Assembly: GCA_965197585.1 (NCBI GenBank)
Contig: OZ240215.1
Coordinates: 224,001-288,000 of the forward strand
DNA from: Dehalococcoidia bacterium
GTDB taxonomy: Bacteria; Chloroflexota; Dehalococcoidia; Plut-88900
Direction of reading: 5' to 3'
Length of the DNA stretch: 64,000 nucleotides
The stretch's first letter is position 1. Each line of letters begins with the position of its first letter. This document shows, in pieces, positions 10,601-19,366 of this stretch. Made by a program: the position numbers and the translations under genes. The notes beneath the pieces are model-generated. The model searched no databases, was not told where the DNA came from, and saw only the letters and a list, made by a program, of their open reading frames with translations.

Positions 10601-13600
10601 TTCGGGGATGCAATCGGTCTCTGGAACGATCCGCTCTGGGGACAGGGGTACATGGGCGGCGAGATCATATACCATCCCAATGTGGTTGCTCCCGATGGTT
10701 CCCTGGGCGTCTACCGCTATCAGTTCCAGCCTATGGACGTATACTCCTTCGGCGCTGTGGCCCGTTCGTATGAGGCGCTTGCTGCCAGCATGCCGCTGCT
10801 TGATAACAACTTTGCCTACTATCCGATGCCGAGGAGAGCCCTGCCGCTCTATCACAGAGAACGGGCCCTCTACGATGATTCCCGGATCAATGTGGTGTTG
10901 AGAGAGGACATCCTGCCAGATGTTCCATTTATCCCCCTCAACGTTGGGGAGGGGTACGGTTTCCTCAGGCTCATGTCGTTGGAGGAACGCCCCGACCCGC
11001 GCGACGTGGTGATCTACGAGACTATCCCCAACGAGCTTTCCCGGGTCGTCGGCCTCATCACCACCGTACCCCAGACACCGCTTTCCCACGTCAACCTGCG
11101 GGCCGTCCAGGACGGTGTCCCCAACGCCTTCATTCGCGACGCTCTCGACGAGGGCGACATCAATGATCTCATCGGCAGATATGTCCACTACAGCATCACG
11201 GCGGACGGCTACTCCATCCGCGCCGCCACTCCCGCCGAAGTCGAGGCCTACTTCGCCGCTTCGCGCCCTCTCGGAACCCAGACGCCGGAACGGGACCTCA
11301 CAGTCACCCAGATCACCGACCTGGACGACATCGGCTTCGACGACTGGAACGCTTTCGGCGTAAAGGCGGCCAACGTGGCCGTGCTGCGGACGCTGGGTTT
11401 TCCTGACGGAACCGTCCCCCACGGGTTCGCGGTGCCCTTCTACTTCTACGACGAGTTCATGAAATACAACGGGTTCTATGACGACGTGGAGGAGATGCTG
11501 GCCGACCCGGAGTTCCAGTCGGACTATGACACCCAGGAGAAAGAACTCAAGAAACTGCGCAAGAAGATCAAGAAGGGGGAAACGCCCGACTGGATCATCA
11601 CAGCACTGGAGGAGATGCACGCCACCTACGCCGAAGGGCAATCCCTGCGCTACCGGTCGAGCACAAACAACGAGGATCTGCCGGGCTTCAGTGGCGCTGG
11701 GCTGTACGACTCAAAGACCCAGGACCCGGAGGAGACGGAGGAGGACGGTATCGACAAGTCCATCAAAGGGGTGTGGGCCAGCCTGTGGAACTTCCGGGCA
11801 TTCACTGAACGCGAGTTCCACCGCATCGACCACATAGAGACGGCCATGGGGGTCCTGGTGCATCCCAACTACTCGGACGAGCTGGCCAACGGCGTGGCCG
11901 TCAGCTTCGACCCTATCTACGGAACGGAGGGGAGCTACTACGTCAACACGCAACTCGGGGAGGACCTGGTCACCAATCCCGACGCACACTCGGTGCCCGA
12001 GGAAATCCTGTTGGACCTGTCCGGTTCATACACCACCCTGGTGACCTCCAACCAGGTGGCAGGAGGACAACTCCTCATGAGCGATGCTCAAATTGGCCAG
12101 TTGAGCCGGCATCTCCAGGACATCCATGACCATTTCGAGGGTCTGTACAACCCCGGACCCGACGAACCCTTTGCAATGGAGATCGAGTTCAAGATCACCA
12201 GCGACGACGTCCTGTCCATCAAACAGGCCCGCCCCTGGGTGTTTGACGCAACTAACGCCGGACCACCGCAGGAAGAGCCGATATGGTCCGCGACCCTTAC
12301 GGTGGGGACCGCAGAGAACTTCGCCGGCTACACGACATTCGTGGCCTCGCCGGAAACCAACACCCTGGGCGCACTCTCGTCGGACACCATCACTCTGGAT
12401 GGTGTCAGCTACACCGTGAAGGCCCTGGCGGTTCGGGACGGCGAGTTGATCCTCTCCGTGACGCCAAAGCTGGCTGCAGGTTTTGTGCTGGTTGCGGGGA
12501 CATCTGAATTCGCCTCCACCGATGCATCTACCCTGGAAACGGACTCTCTCTTGCAGTTCTACTGGAATAACCCAGGACTGGACTGGTCCGAGGAGGAAGA
12601 GGTCGCTGTCAGACTAACTGAGCCGAACGATAACGACCCGGCCACGGGAGCGCCCACGATCACTGGAACTTCGCAGGTGGACCAGACGTTGACGACGGAC
12701 ACCTGGGCCATTACCGACGAAGACGGGCTGACCAACGTTTCCTACAGCTACCAGTGGATCAGGAGCGACGGCAACACCGACACCGACATAGCGGGAGAGA
12801 CGGACTCGACCTACACGCTGGTCCGCGCCGACGAGGGCAAGACCATCAAGGTGCGGGTGAGCTTCACCGACGACGCCGACAATGCCGAGACGCTGACCAG
12901 CGCGGCGACGGGGGTGGTTGAGGCCAAGCCCAACACCCTGGCCACGGGAACGCCCACGATCACTGGAACGGCCCAGGTGGGAGAGACGCTGACGGTCCTC
13001 ACCAACGGGATCGCCGACGAAGACGGGCTGACCAATGTTCTCTACAGCTACCAGTGGATCAGGAGCGACGGCAACGCCGACACCGACATAGCGGGAGAGA
13101 CGGACTCGACCTATACGCTGGTCCGCGCCGACGAGGGCAAGACCATCAAGGTGGGGGTGAACTTCACCGACGACGCCGATAACGCCGAGACGCTGACCAG
13201 CGCAGCGACGGGGGTGGTTGAGGCCAAGCCCAACACCCCGGCGACGGGAGCGCCCACGATCACTGGAACTTCGCAGGTGGACCAGACGTTGACGGCGGAC
13301 ACCTGGGCCATTGCCGACGAAGACGGGCTGACCAACGTTTCCTACAGCTACCAGTGGATCAGGAGCGACGGCAACACCGACACCGACATAGCGGGAGAGA
13401 CGGACTCGACCTACACGCTGGTCCGCGCCGACGAGGGCAAGACCATCAAGGTAGGGGTGAGCTTCACCGACGACGCCGACAATGCCGAGACGCTGACCAG
13501 CGCGGCGACGGGGGTGGTTGAGGCCAAGCCCAACACCCTGGCCACGGGAACGCCCACGATCACTGGAACGGCCCAGGTGGGAGAGACGCTGACGGTCCTC

Positions 13601-16600
13601 ACCAACGGGATCGCCGACGAAGACGGGCTGACCAATGTTCTCTACAGCTACCAGTGGATCAGGAGCGACGGCAACGCCGACACCGACATAGCGGGAGAGA
13701 CGGACTCGACCTATACGCTGGTCCGCGCCGACGAGGGCAAGACCATCAAGGTGGGGGTGAACTTCACCGACGACGCCGATAACGCCGAGACGCTGATTAG
13801 CGCGGCGACGGGGGTGGCGTCCCGCTCCGACAAGCCGGTGGCGGATGGGTCGACCCCGGTGTGGTCGGCGGACATGTCTGTGGTGGATCTCGGTAACGGC
13901 TCCATTGGCGCCGTCAGCGCCAATCTCTTTTCGAACCAAGAAGGCAGTGCGGGTCTTCAGGCAAAGTGGCTGTGGTACTACAGCCCGGGGCGTTATATAC
14001 GCCTGTCATTTACGGATGTTGTACCCAGTGGGGAGGAACTGACGCTAGAGATCGGAGATGTGGCCCTGACGTTGCAGGCGGGAGATTCGGCCTTCACCTG
14101 GGAGGAGGTCGACGTCGATTGGGAGGACGGTCAGGTCATTCCAGTGCGCATCGTCCCGACGTCGGAGACAGCGGTGTCCCAGCCCAACACCCCGGCGACA
14201 GGAGGGCCGACCATCAGTGGAACGGCCCAGGTGGACCAGACGCTGTCCGTGGACACGTCTAACATCGCCGACCAGGACGGGCTGAACAACGTTTCCTACA
14301 GCTACCAGTGGATCAGGAGCGACGGCAACACCGACACCGACATAGCGGAAGAGACGGACCCGACCTACATCCTAGTCCCCGCCGACGAGGGCAAGACCAT
14401 CAAGGTGCGGGTGAGCTTCACCGACGAAGCAGACCACGAGGAGACGCTGACCGGCAATCCGACCAGGCCAGTGACTGCGGCACCCAACCGTCACGCGACG
14501 GGCAAGCCCACCATTGGCGGGACGCCCCAGGTGGACCAGACGCTGACCGCGGACACGTCTAACATCGCCGACCATGACGGGCTGAACAACGTCTCTTACA
14601 GCTACCAGTGGATCGCCGGAGGTACGGACATTGATGGGGCCACCGGGTCCACCTACACCCTGACTGCCAGTGAGCAGGGGCAGACCATCCGGGTTCGTGT
14701 GACGTTCACCGACGACCGGGACAACGCCGAGACCCTGACCAGCGTGGCGACTGTGGCCGTTGTTGCAGCGCCCAACCGCGAGGCCACGGGCCACCCCGCC
14801 ATCGGCGGGACGCCCCAGGTGGACCAGACGCTGACCGCGGACACGTCTAACATCGCCGACCAGGACGGGCTGAACAACGTCTCTTACAGCTACCAATGGA
14901 TGGCCGGAGGTTCGGACATTGATGGGGCCACCGGGTCCACCTACACCCTGACTGCCAGCGAGCAGGGGCAGACCGTACAGGTGAAGGTGACGTTCACTGA
15001 CGACCGGAACAACGCCGAGACCCTGACCAGCGTGGCGACTGTGGCCGTTGCTGTAGCGCCCAACCGAGAGGCCACGGGCCAGCCCACCATCGACGGGACG
15101 CCCCAGGTGGGAGAGACACTAACGGCGGATACGGCAAACATCGCCGACCAGGACGGGCTGAATAACGTGTCCTACAGCTACCAGTGGATCGCTGGAGGTA
15201 CGGACATCGTCGGGGCCACCGGCTCGAGCTACGAGCTTACGTCCAGCGAGCAGGGGCAGCCCATCCAGGTCCGGGTGACTTTCACCGACGATGCCGATAA
15301 CGAGGAGACGCTTATAAGCGCTGCAACGGAGGTGGTGCAGCAGGGTGGTAACGCCTGGTCCGCCACTATCACCGTGGGGACAAGAGATGGATACACAGGG
15401 TATTCGTACTGGGGCGATCCCGGCCTGGGGTCCCTGTCGGCCACCGAGGCCGAATGGGACGGCAAGACCCACTACGTCAGGTACATCTTTCTCAAGGATG
15501 GAGAGCTCTGGCTTGGCCTGAACAACGAGATGTTCTCCACCGGCTTCGTGCTGTCGGTTGGGGACGAGGAGTTCGGTTCGGCGGACGCCTTGGTGGATAG
15601 GAGTGGCGGTGCGTCCTACAGATTCCGGTGGGATGACCGGGGATTGGGCTGGTCGGATGGGGAGGAAGTGTCGGTGAACCTCCTGCAGTCCGACCAGAAT
15701 ACCCCGGCCCTGGGCGCGCCGACCATCAGCGGAACGGCACAGGTGGACGAGACACTGACTGCGGATACCTCTGGCGTTGAGGACGCGGACGGGTTGACCA
15801 ACGTGTCGTACAGCTACCAGTGGATGGCTGACGGCGTGGACATTCAGGACGCGACCAGTTCCACCCACAAGCTCGTATTCCCCGACCGGGGCAAGAGCAT
15901 CAAGGTGAAGGTGTCCTTCACCGACGACCGGGACAACGCCGATACCCTTACCAGCGCGGCGACTGTGGTCGTTGTTGCAGCGCCCAACCGCGAGGCCATG
16001 GGATATCCCACCATCACCGGAATGCCCCAGGTGGGACAGACCCTGACGGCGGACACTTCGCCAATCGCCGACCGCGACGGGCTGAACAACGTCTCTTACA
16101 GCTACCAGTGGATCGGCGGAGGGTCGGACATCGATGAGGCCACAGGCTCTAACTACGAGCTTGCGTCCAGCGAGCAGGGACAGACCATCCAGGTTCGGGT
16201 GACTTTCACCGACGACCGGGACAACGCCGAGACCCTTACCAGCGCGGCAACTGTGGCCGTTGTTGCAGCGCCCGACCGTCAGGCCACGGGCCTGCCCACC
16301 ATCAGCGGTACGCTCCAGGTAGGAGAGACCCTAATGGCGGGCACGTCGGGTATTACCGACGCCGACGGGCTCACCAACGTTTCCTTCGAGTACCAGTGGA
16401 TCAGGGGCGACAGCGGTGCCGGAGCGGACATAGACGGAGCGACGGACGCCACCTACACTCTGACCGCCGGCGACCAGGGGAAGACCATCAAGGTGAAGGT
16501 GTCCTTCACCGACGACGCAGACCACGAGGAGAAGCTGACCAGCGCGGCGACGGGAGTGGTTGCGGCCAAGCCCAACACTCCGGCCATGGGAGCGCCCACC

Positions 16601-18724
16601 ATTGATGGAACGGCCCAGGTGGGAGAGACGCTTACGGTCCTCACCAACGGCATCACCGACGAAGACGGGCTGACCAACCCAACGTACAGCTACCAGTGGA
16701 TTCGGAACGACGGAACCAATGACGCGCACATAGGAGGTAAGACAGGTTCGACCTACACCCTGAACGATGACGACGTGGGGAAGAGCATCAAGATGCGGGT
16801 GAGCTTCACCGACGACGCCGACCACGAGGAGACCCTGACCAGCGCGGCGACGGGGGTGGTTACAGCCAAGCCCAACTCTCCAGCCACGGGAGCGCCCACC
16901 ATTGATGGCACGGCCCAGGTGGGAGAGACGTTCACTGCCCTCACCAACGGCATCACCGACGAAGACGGGCTGACCAACCCAACGTACAGCTACCAGTGGA
17001 TCAGGAGCGACAACGGCACCGACGCCGATATAGCAGGGCAGACAGACTCCACCTACACGCTAGTGGCCGCCGACCAAGGCAAGACCATCATGGTGCGGGT
17101 GACCTTCACCGACGACGCCGATAACGAGGAGACCCTGACCAGCGCGGCAACGGAGGTGGTGCAGCAGGGTAGCAACGCTTGGTCCGCCACGATGACCGTG
17201 GGGACAAGAGATGGGTTCACCGGGTATTCGTACTGGAGCAATCCACACCTGGGGTCCCTGTCGGCCACCGAGGTCGAATGGGACGGCAAGACCCACTATG
17301 TCAGGTTCCTTTTTCTCAAGGACGGCGAGCTCCGGCTCGGCCTGAACGAAGAGATGTTCTCCACCGGCTTCGTGCTGTCGGTTGGGGACGAGGAGTTCGG
17401 CTCGGCGGACGCCATGGTGGATCATGGCGGTGCGTCCTACAGATTCCGGTGGGATGACCGGGGATTGGGCTGGTCGGATGGGAACGAGGTGTCGCTAAAC
17501 CTCGTGCTGTCCGACCAGAATACCCCGGCCCTGGGCGCGCCGACCATCAGCGGTACGGACCAAGTGGATGAGACGCTGACTGCGGACATCTCCGGTGTTG
17601 AGGACGCGGACGGGCTGGACAACGTGTTGTACAGCTACCAGTGGATGGCTGACGGCGTGGATATTCAGGACGCGACCAGTTCCACCTACAAGCCAGTATT
17701 CCCCGACCAGGGCAAGACCATCAAGGTGCGGGTGACCTTCACCGACGACCGGGACAACACCGAGACCCTTGGCAGCGAGGCGACGGGTGCAGTAGCGGCG
17801 GCGCCCAACCGTGATGCCACGGGAGCTCCCACCATCACAGAAATGCCCCAAGTGGGACAGACGCTGACGGCGGACACGTCTAACATCGCCGACCAGGACG
17901 GGCTGACCAACGTCTCTTACAGCTACCAGTGGATCGCCGGAGGGTCGGACATCGATGGGGCCACCAGCTTCAGCTACGAGCTCACGTCTAGCGAACAGGG
18001 TCGGACCATCCAGGTCCGGGTGACCTTCACCGACGACCGGGACAACGCCGAGACCCTTACCAGCGAGGCGACTGTGGCCGTTGTTGCAGCGCCCAACCGC
18101 GAGGCCACCGGCCTGCCGGCCATCAGCGGCACGCCGCAGGTGGGGGAGACCCTCACCGCATCAACCTCGTCCATAGCCGACGGGGACGGGCTGAACAACG
18201 TGTCCTACCGTTACCAGTGGATCGCCGGAGGTACGGACATCGATGGGGCCACCGGCTCCAGTTACGAGCTCACGTCCAGCGAGCAGGGGCAGACCATCCA
18301 GGTCCGTGTGACTTTCACAGACGACCGCGACAATGAGGAAACTCTGACCAGCGCGGCTACTGTCGAAGTGGCGGCGGCGCCAGTTCCGCTCACCGTCCGA
18401 CTGAAGGTCGCCGCCCCGACCTCCCACGACGGCTCGTCTGAGTTTACCTTCGAAATCGAGTTCAGCGAGGAGTTCGGCCTGAGCTACGTGACCCTGAAGA
18501 ACCATGCCTTCAATGCAGCCGGCGGATCCGTGGAGAGGGCGCAGAGAACGAACAAGCCCAGCAACATCTCCTGGAGCATCATGGTAAAGCCCACCTCCAC
18601 CGGGGACGTGACGATCGAACTCCGGGCAACCACGGACTGCGGAGCTACCGGAGCCATCTGCACCGGCGACGACAGGAAACTGTCCAACTCGCTGAGCTTC
18701 ACCGTCTTTGGGCCGGGGGGCTAG
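4604..18724 (+). CDS. Giant (4706 aa) secreted mosaic surface protein: GIWSDG propeller repeats, LRRs, PQQ-dependent sugar dehydrogenase domain, PPDK/PEP-synthase N-terminal ATP-grasp domain, ~19 Ig-like repeats, Cys-containing C-terminal domain
   Basis: Uninterrupted ORF with Sec signal ending AQA-Q. LPEGVFxGL LRRs at ~5810-6490. GLSHPWGIDF/HSGGRLLFGPEG/GFRNPQG/EHGP..DEIN at ~8735-9775. GVKAAN/RSSTNNEDLPGFSGAGLYDS/VWASLWN/EIEFK..QARP at ~11340-12245. Repeats NxPATGxPTIxG...YSYQW. Confidence 0.93.
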   Translation: MTTSRRLATLPLLLIGLAVIAALLLTPGAQAQSRDSGSDFTLDAANGYPTGIWSDGTTMWVADFEDHKLYAYRMSDRSRDSGKDFTLDADNGSPVGIWSDGTTMWASDFTDAKLYAYRMSDRSRDSGKDFNTLSAAGNLFPEGIWSDGTTMWVADTGNDTVFAYDLSTRAWDFEKDITLGPGHGSPMGVWSNGSTMWVSDWRDTKLYAYRMSDQTRDSGKDFALDADDESYEGIWSVGSTMWVASRDDDRLYAYDWNNPATGAPTITGAVRVGQTLAAGTRSIADADGLDAAIFEYQWVSNGGNADTDIAGATDSTYTIVPGDRGRAVKVRVSFTDGAGNRESLTSEPTGQVGTPGICDRTPAVMAAIVAGMTGVGDCSEASETRLRTWTGSQHFGPGVTPGLYLQGRGLSALQAGDFRDLYTLRALDLNRNFLETVPDGLFEDLRAVDELYLSGNFIDELPDGVFDGPGEELSLLDLSANGLETLPEGVLRNLAGLVSLSLSGNGLSDLPAGLFDGLVELEELDLSANSIDELPDGVFDRNLELRGLDLSINEISELPEGVFGGLGDLQSLSLAGNDLKSLPEDVFADLGSLAELDLSGNKLKDLPTGLFEGLSGLTDLDASDNPGAPFTFTAELERRGDDTVVVRLAEGATPFDLQIELSARNGDLSAETVTIASGSSYSDVVEVRAHGHHPVTVEIDSVAFLLPSGGSASGIHADRGSAMLMWVGRPLVQREWIQDGPFALHPENADPKSIWSDGETLWVGDESARKVFAYKLWDNPGTAVSEYGTRDPGRDLPSLGDEDFYVTGHGLRLYVAEESLDGASRDVFGYDLTSFTRAEDRDFVYGGLNVAGGVFIVRGTATDGRHMWITNTTSHAHAFRLFDDPETPEDEYGKPDTSRKLTIPGLGQLSGLFTDGRTMWGVRFASNDASVRSVKLSDGTDAGYDFPLHEDNDHAYGIWSNGETFYVVDADDDMIYTYHGVGGVVRPSVEDAETAAPLVGNTGQPGDAGHDLGLAGAKRAQAFTTGTSRAGYSLASVGIEFGDVSDTSSAPSDLEVTLNADGGGVPGDALCTLIAPASLFERSVNTFAAPASGTTCPVLEKETTYFVVVERVRVTGSGAIAVSGTVSGSEDTGAAEGWSIADGSATYSPQAAAQGWVYDAFSYKIEVRGSFINNPATGEPTIAGTPQVKRTLAVAVSDVSDEDGLSNVSYSYQWIAGGLDIAGATGSSYTLTSNEQGKRIKVQVAFVDDRGNHETLTSEATPSVQAPDRPGTVSLFPARPRVGMVVSAALSDPDGLQGGGSGPAASSGAVSWSWARSPDGNDWTRIEAYGEGDSYVPTEEDEGMLLKAEASYTDGHGSGKSAQAVSSAGVGAREPVPELTVTVIVTGLSHPWGIDFTPDGTMLFTQRAGVLNARLTDGTVKRVDADLGDLLVDGFAGLQALAVDPDFTTNRRFYTLQGRAGREMQVIAWTIDADYDEATRVVDPLVKGIPIGPGPWHSGGRLLFGPEGYLWIATGDGRVVTGAQDLTSLGGKVLRVDPRTGAGAPGNPFVSSELVYAYGFRNPQGLALRPGTDQMWLVEHGPKHDDEINLLKAGGNFGWDPDPAGGSSGSYHEAGVPMTDLEKYPSARQARWSSGFPTLATSGAVFLDGPQWGEWEGRLAVATLNAKSLRVFEFTEQGDFAGQIVVPELDGSHGQLRTPVLGPDGALYIATSNAPGVDRILRVAANSAATGAPVISGTVEVGESLTAVVSGIADPDGLDDAAFSFQWARSHYGSNFSDIEGATASTYTLVMADLGKTINVRVSFYDDGGSLEALTSQRTVKVSVVACTVGEHAPAATAVEVEAVPAIVESTTEEYFVLYVRPALSSEREFPISVTLGEDGTTTLTEQLSPLPKEHYRVEKFLIADPADIDNDCIDDITELGDPVGMNPLNPARAVPFRDGAVAIPDRETFEALSYKGRDVPYHRHLQDLEFVKFYIIGSSAENMGVYFINTETHRIHPDFGDAIGLWNDPLWGQGYMGGEIIYHPNVVAPDGSLGVYRYQFQPMDVYSFGAVARSYEALAASMPLLDNNFAYYPMPRRALPLYHRERALYDDSRINVVLREDILPDVPFIPLNVGEGYGFLRLMSLEERPDPRDVVIYETIPNELSRVVGLITTVPQTPLSHVNLRAVQDGVPNAFIRDALDEGDINDLIGRYVHYSITADGYSIRAATPAEVEAYFAASRPLGTQTPERDLTVTQITDLDDIGFDDWNAFGVKAANVAVLRTLGFPDGTVPHGFAVPFYFYDEFMKYNGFYDDVEEMLADPEFQSDYDTQEKELKKLRKKIKKGETPDWIITALEEMHATYAEGQSLRYRSSTNNEDLPGFSGAGLYDSKTQDPEETEEDGIDKSIKGVWASLWNFRAFTEREFHRIDHIETAMGVLVHPNYSDELANGVAVSFDPIYGTEGSYYVNTQLGEDLVTNPDAHSVPEEILLDLSGSYTTLVTSNQVAGGQLLMSDAQIGQLSRHLQDIHDHFEGLYNPGPDEPFAMEIEFKITSDDVLSIKQARPWVFDATNAGPPQEEPIWSATLTVGTAENFAGYTTFVASPETNTLGALSSDTITLDGVSYTVKALAVRDGELILSVTPKLAAGFVLVAGTSEFASTDASTLETDSLLQFYWNNPGLDWSEEEEVAVRLTEPNDNDPATGAPTITGTSQVDQTLTTDTWAITDEDGLTNVSYSYQWIRSDGNTDTDIAGETDSTYTLVRADEGKTIKVRVSFTDDADNAETLTSAATGVVEAKPNTLATGTPTITGTAQVGETLTVLTNGIADEDGLTNVLYSYQWIRSDGNADTDIAGETDSTYTLVRADEGKTIKVGVNFTDDADNAETLTSAATGVVEAKPNTPATGAPTITGTSQVDQTLTADTWAIADEDGLTNVSYSYQWIRSDGNTDTDIAGETDSTYTLVRADEGKTIKVGVSFTDDADNAETLTSAATGVVEAKPNTLATGTPTITGTAQVGETLTVLTNGIADEDGLTNVLYSYQWIRSDGNADTDIAGETDSTYTLVRADEGKTIKVGVNFTDDADNAETLISAATGVASRSDKPVADGSTPVWSADMSVVDLGNGSIGAVSANLFSNQEGSAGLQAKWLWYYSPGRYIRLSFTDVVPSGEELTLEIGDVALTLQAGDSAFTWEEVDVDWEDGQVIPVRIVPTSETAVSQPNTPATGGPTISGTAQVDQTLSVDTSNIADQDGLNNVSYSYQWIRSDGNTDTDIAEETDPTYILVPADEGKTIKVRVSFTDEADHEETLTGNPTRPVTAAPNRHATGKPTIGGTPQVDQTLTADTSNIADHDGLNNVSYSYQWIAGGTDIDGATGSTYTLTASEQGQTIRVRVTFTDDRDNAETLTSVATVAVVAAPNREATGHPAIGGTPQVDQTLTADTSNIADQDGLNNVSYSYQWMAGGSDIDGATGSTYTLTASEQGQTVQVKVTFTDDRNNAETLTSVATVAVAVAPNREATGQPTIDGTPQVGETLTADTANIADQDGLNNVSYSYQWIAGGTDIVGATGSSYELTSSEQGQPIQVRVTFTDDADNEETLISAATEVVQQGGNAWSATITVGTRDGYTGYSYWGDPGLGSLSATEAEWDGKTHYVRYIFLKDGELWLGLNNEMFSTGFVLSVGDEEFGSADALVDRSGGASYRFRWDDRGLGWSDGEEVSVNLLQSDQNTPALGAPTISGTAQVDETLTADTSGVEDADGLTNVSYSYQWMADGVDIQDATSSTHKLVFPDRGKSIKVKVSFTDDRDNADTLTSAATVVVVAAPNREAMGYPTITGMPQVGQTLTADTSPIADRDGLNNVSYSYQWIGGGSDIDEATGSNYELASSEQGQTIQVRVTFTDDRDNAETLTSAATVAVVAAPDRQATGLPTISGTLQVGETLMAGTSGITDADGLTNVSFEYQWIRGDSGAGADIDGATDATYTLTAGDQGKTIKVKVSFTDDADHEEKLTSAATGVVAAKPNTPAMGAPTIDGTAQVGETLTVLTNGITDEDGLTNPTYSYQWIRNDGTNDAHIGGKTGSTYTLNDDDVGKSIKMRVSFTDDADHEETLTSAATGVVTAKPNSPATGAPTIDGTAQVGETFTALTNGITDEDGLTNPTYSYQWIRSDNGTDADIAGQTDSTYTLVAADQGKTIMVRVTFTDDADNEETLTSAATEVVQQGSNAWSATMTVGTRDGFTGYSYWSNPHLGSLSATEVEWDGKTHYVRFLFLKDGELRLGLNEEMFSTGFVLSVGDEEFGSADAMVDHGGASYRFRWDDRGLGWSDGNEVSLNLVLSDQNTPALGAPTISGTDQVDETLTADISGVEDADGLDNVLYSYQWMADGVDIQDATSSTYKPVFPDQGKTIKVRVTFTDDRDNTETLGSEATGAVAAAPNRDATGAPTITEMPQVGQTLTADTSNIADQDGLTNVSYSYQWIAGGSDIDGATSFSYELTSSEQGRTIQVRVTFTDDRDNAETLTSEATVAVVAAPNREATGLPAISGTPQVGETLTASTSSIADGDGLNNVSYRYQWIAGGTDIDGATGSSYELTSSEQGQTIQVRVTFTDDRDNEETLTSAATVEVAAAPVPLTVRLKVAAPTSHDGSSEFTFEIEFSEEFGLSYVTLKNHAFNAAGGSVERAQRTNKPSNISWSIMVKPTSTGDVTIELRATTDCGATGAICTGDDRKLSNSLSFTVFGPGG
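4701..5370 (+). repeat. Five ~45-aa GIWSDGTTMWV repeats (135-bp period), beta-propeller-like
   Basis: gccgggactc recurs at 4701, 4836, 4971; first units near-identical at DNA level. Confidence 0.9.
12641..13815 (+). repeat. Near-perfect 600-bp tandem duplication (two Ig-like modules, ABAB)
   Basis: Lines 12961-13190 and 13561-13790 essentially identical; 12661 vs 13261 differ by a few SNPs. Confidence 0.95.
15280..17950 (+). repeat. Dispersed ~850-bp intragenic duplication (15280-16110 vs 17100-17935)
   Basis: WSATxTVGTRDG...GKTHYVR...SDQNTPALGAPT block occurs twice, ~1820 bp apart. Confidence 0.9.
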
Positions 18725-18875
18725 GAGCGGCGCTATAGAGGGTTCCGGGCCGAAAAGATAGACCGGGCAGTGCATAGCGCTTGTTTTTCCGGTCAACAAG
18801 AAAAGCCCGCGTATGCGGATGGCCGGAGGCCAGCGGCCTCTCCCGGCCCGGATGCGTACCGGTGGCGTGTGCCTG

Positions 18876-19366
18876 ACTTTCGTCGATACTAGCAAGAGCA
18901 AAACGTTGCAGAAACACTCTCTCTAAAAGCTAACGACATTGCTGCCGAGAAAGTGTGATTAGGCACTTACCAAATCGACGAAGAGGCTCTATTTTCTTGC
19001 TGGTAGAAACCGGACGATAGTTGGAGTCACAGGCCACCATATCGGCTGTGGAAGTCGGAGGAGGTCGTAGGTTCCGCTGGCTTCGCCTGTGCCGGGGAGG
19101 CTCTCACATGGTGCTCGACAGGCCAGTCCATCCACCTCCGACCGCGGACGGAACTGCGGCCCCCACAGTCGCTGCACCGCTCGCCCCTGGGTTCGCCGCC
19201 TACGGCGAGCCGGCACAGACGTCCTCCCGGAATTTTCGGACTCGGCTAGCCGGAGGTAAGTCATGACCACCTCCCGGCGTCTTGCGCCGCTCCCCACTGC
19301 TGCTCATTGGGCTGGCGGCCCTCTGCGCCGCCCTGGTGCTCATCCCCTGGGTTGTCCAGGCCCAGA
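18876..19366 (+). repeat. Copy 2 of promoter/leader/signal-peptide cassette
   Basis: Homologous to 4215-4700; similarity ends at the VQA-Q signal cleavage site. Confidence 0.95.

Noticed and set aside
4541-18901. Many long antisense or alternative-frame ORFs over the giant gene (e.g. 6734-8671, 10070-11641, 12614-13939)
   Set aside because: Shadow ORFs from high GC3 and repeats; no motifs, and they fully overlap a well-supported CDS
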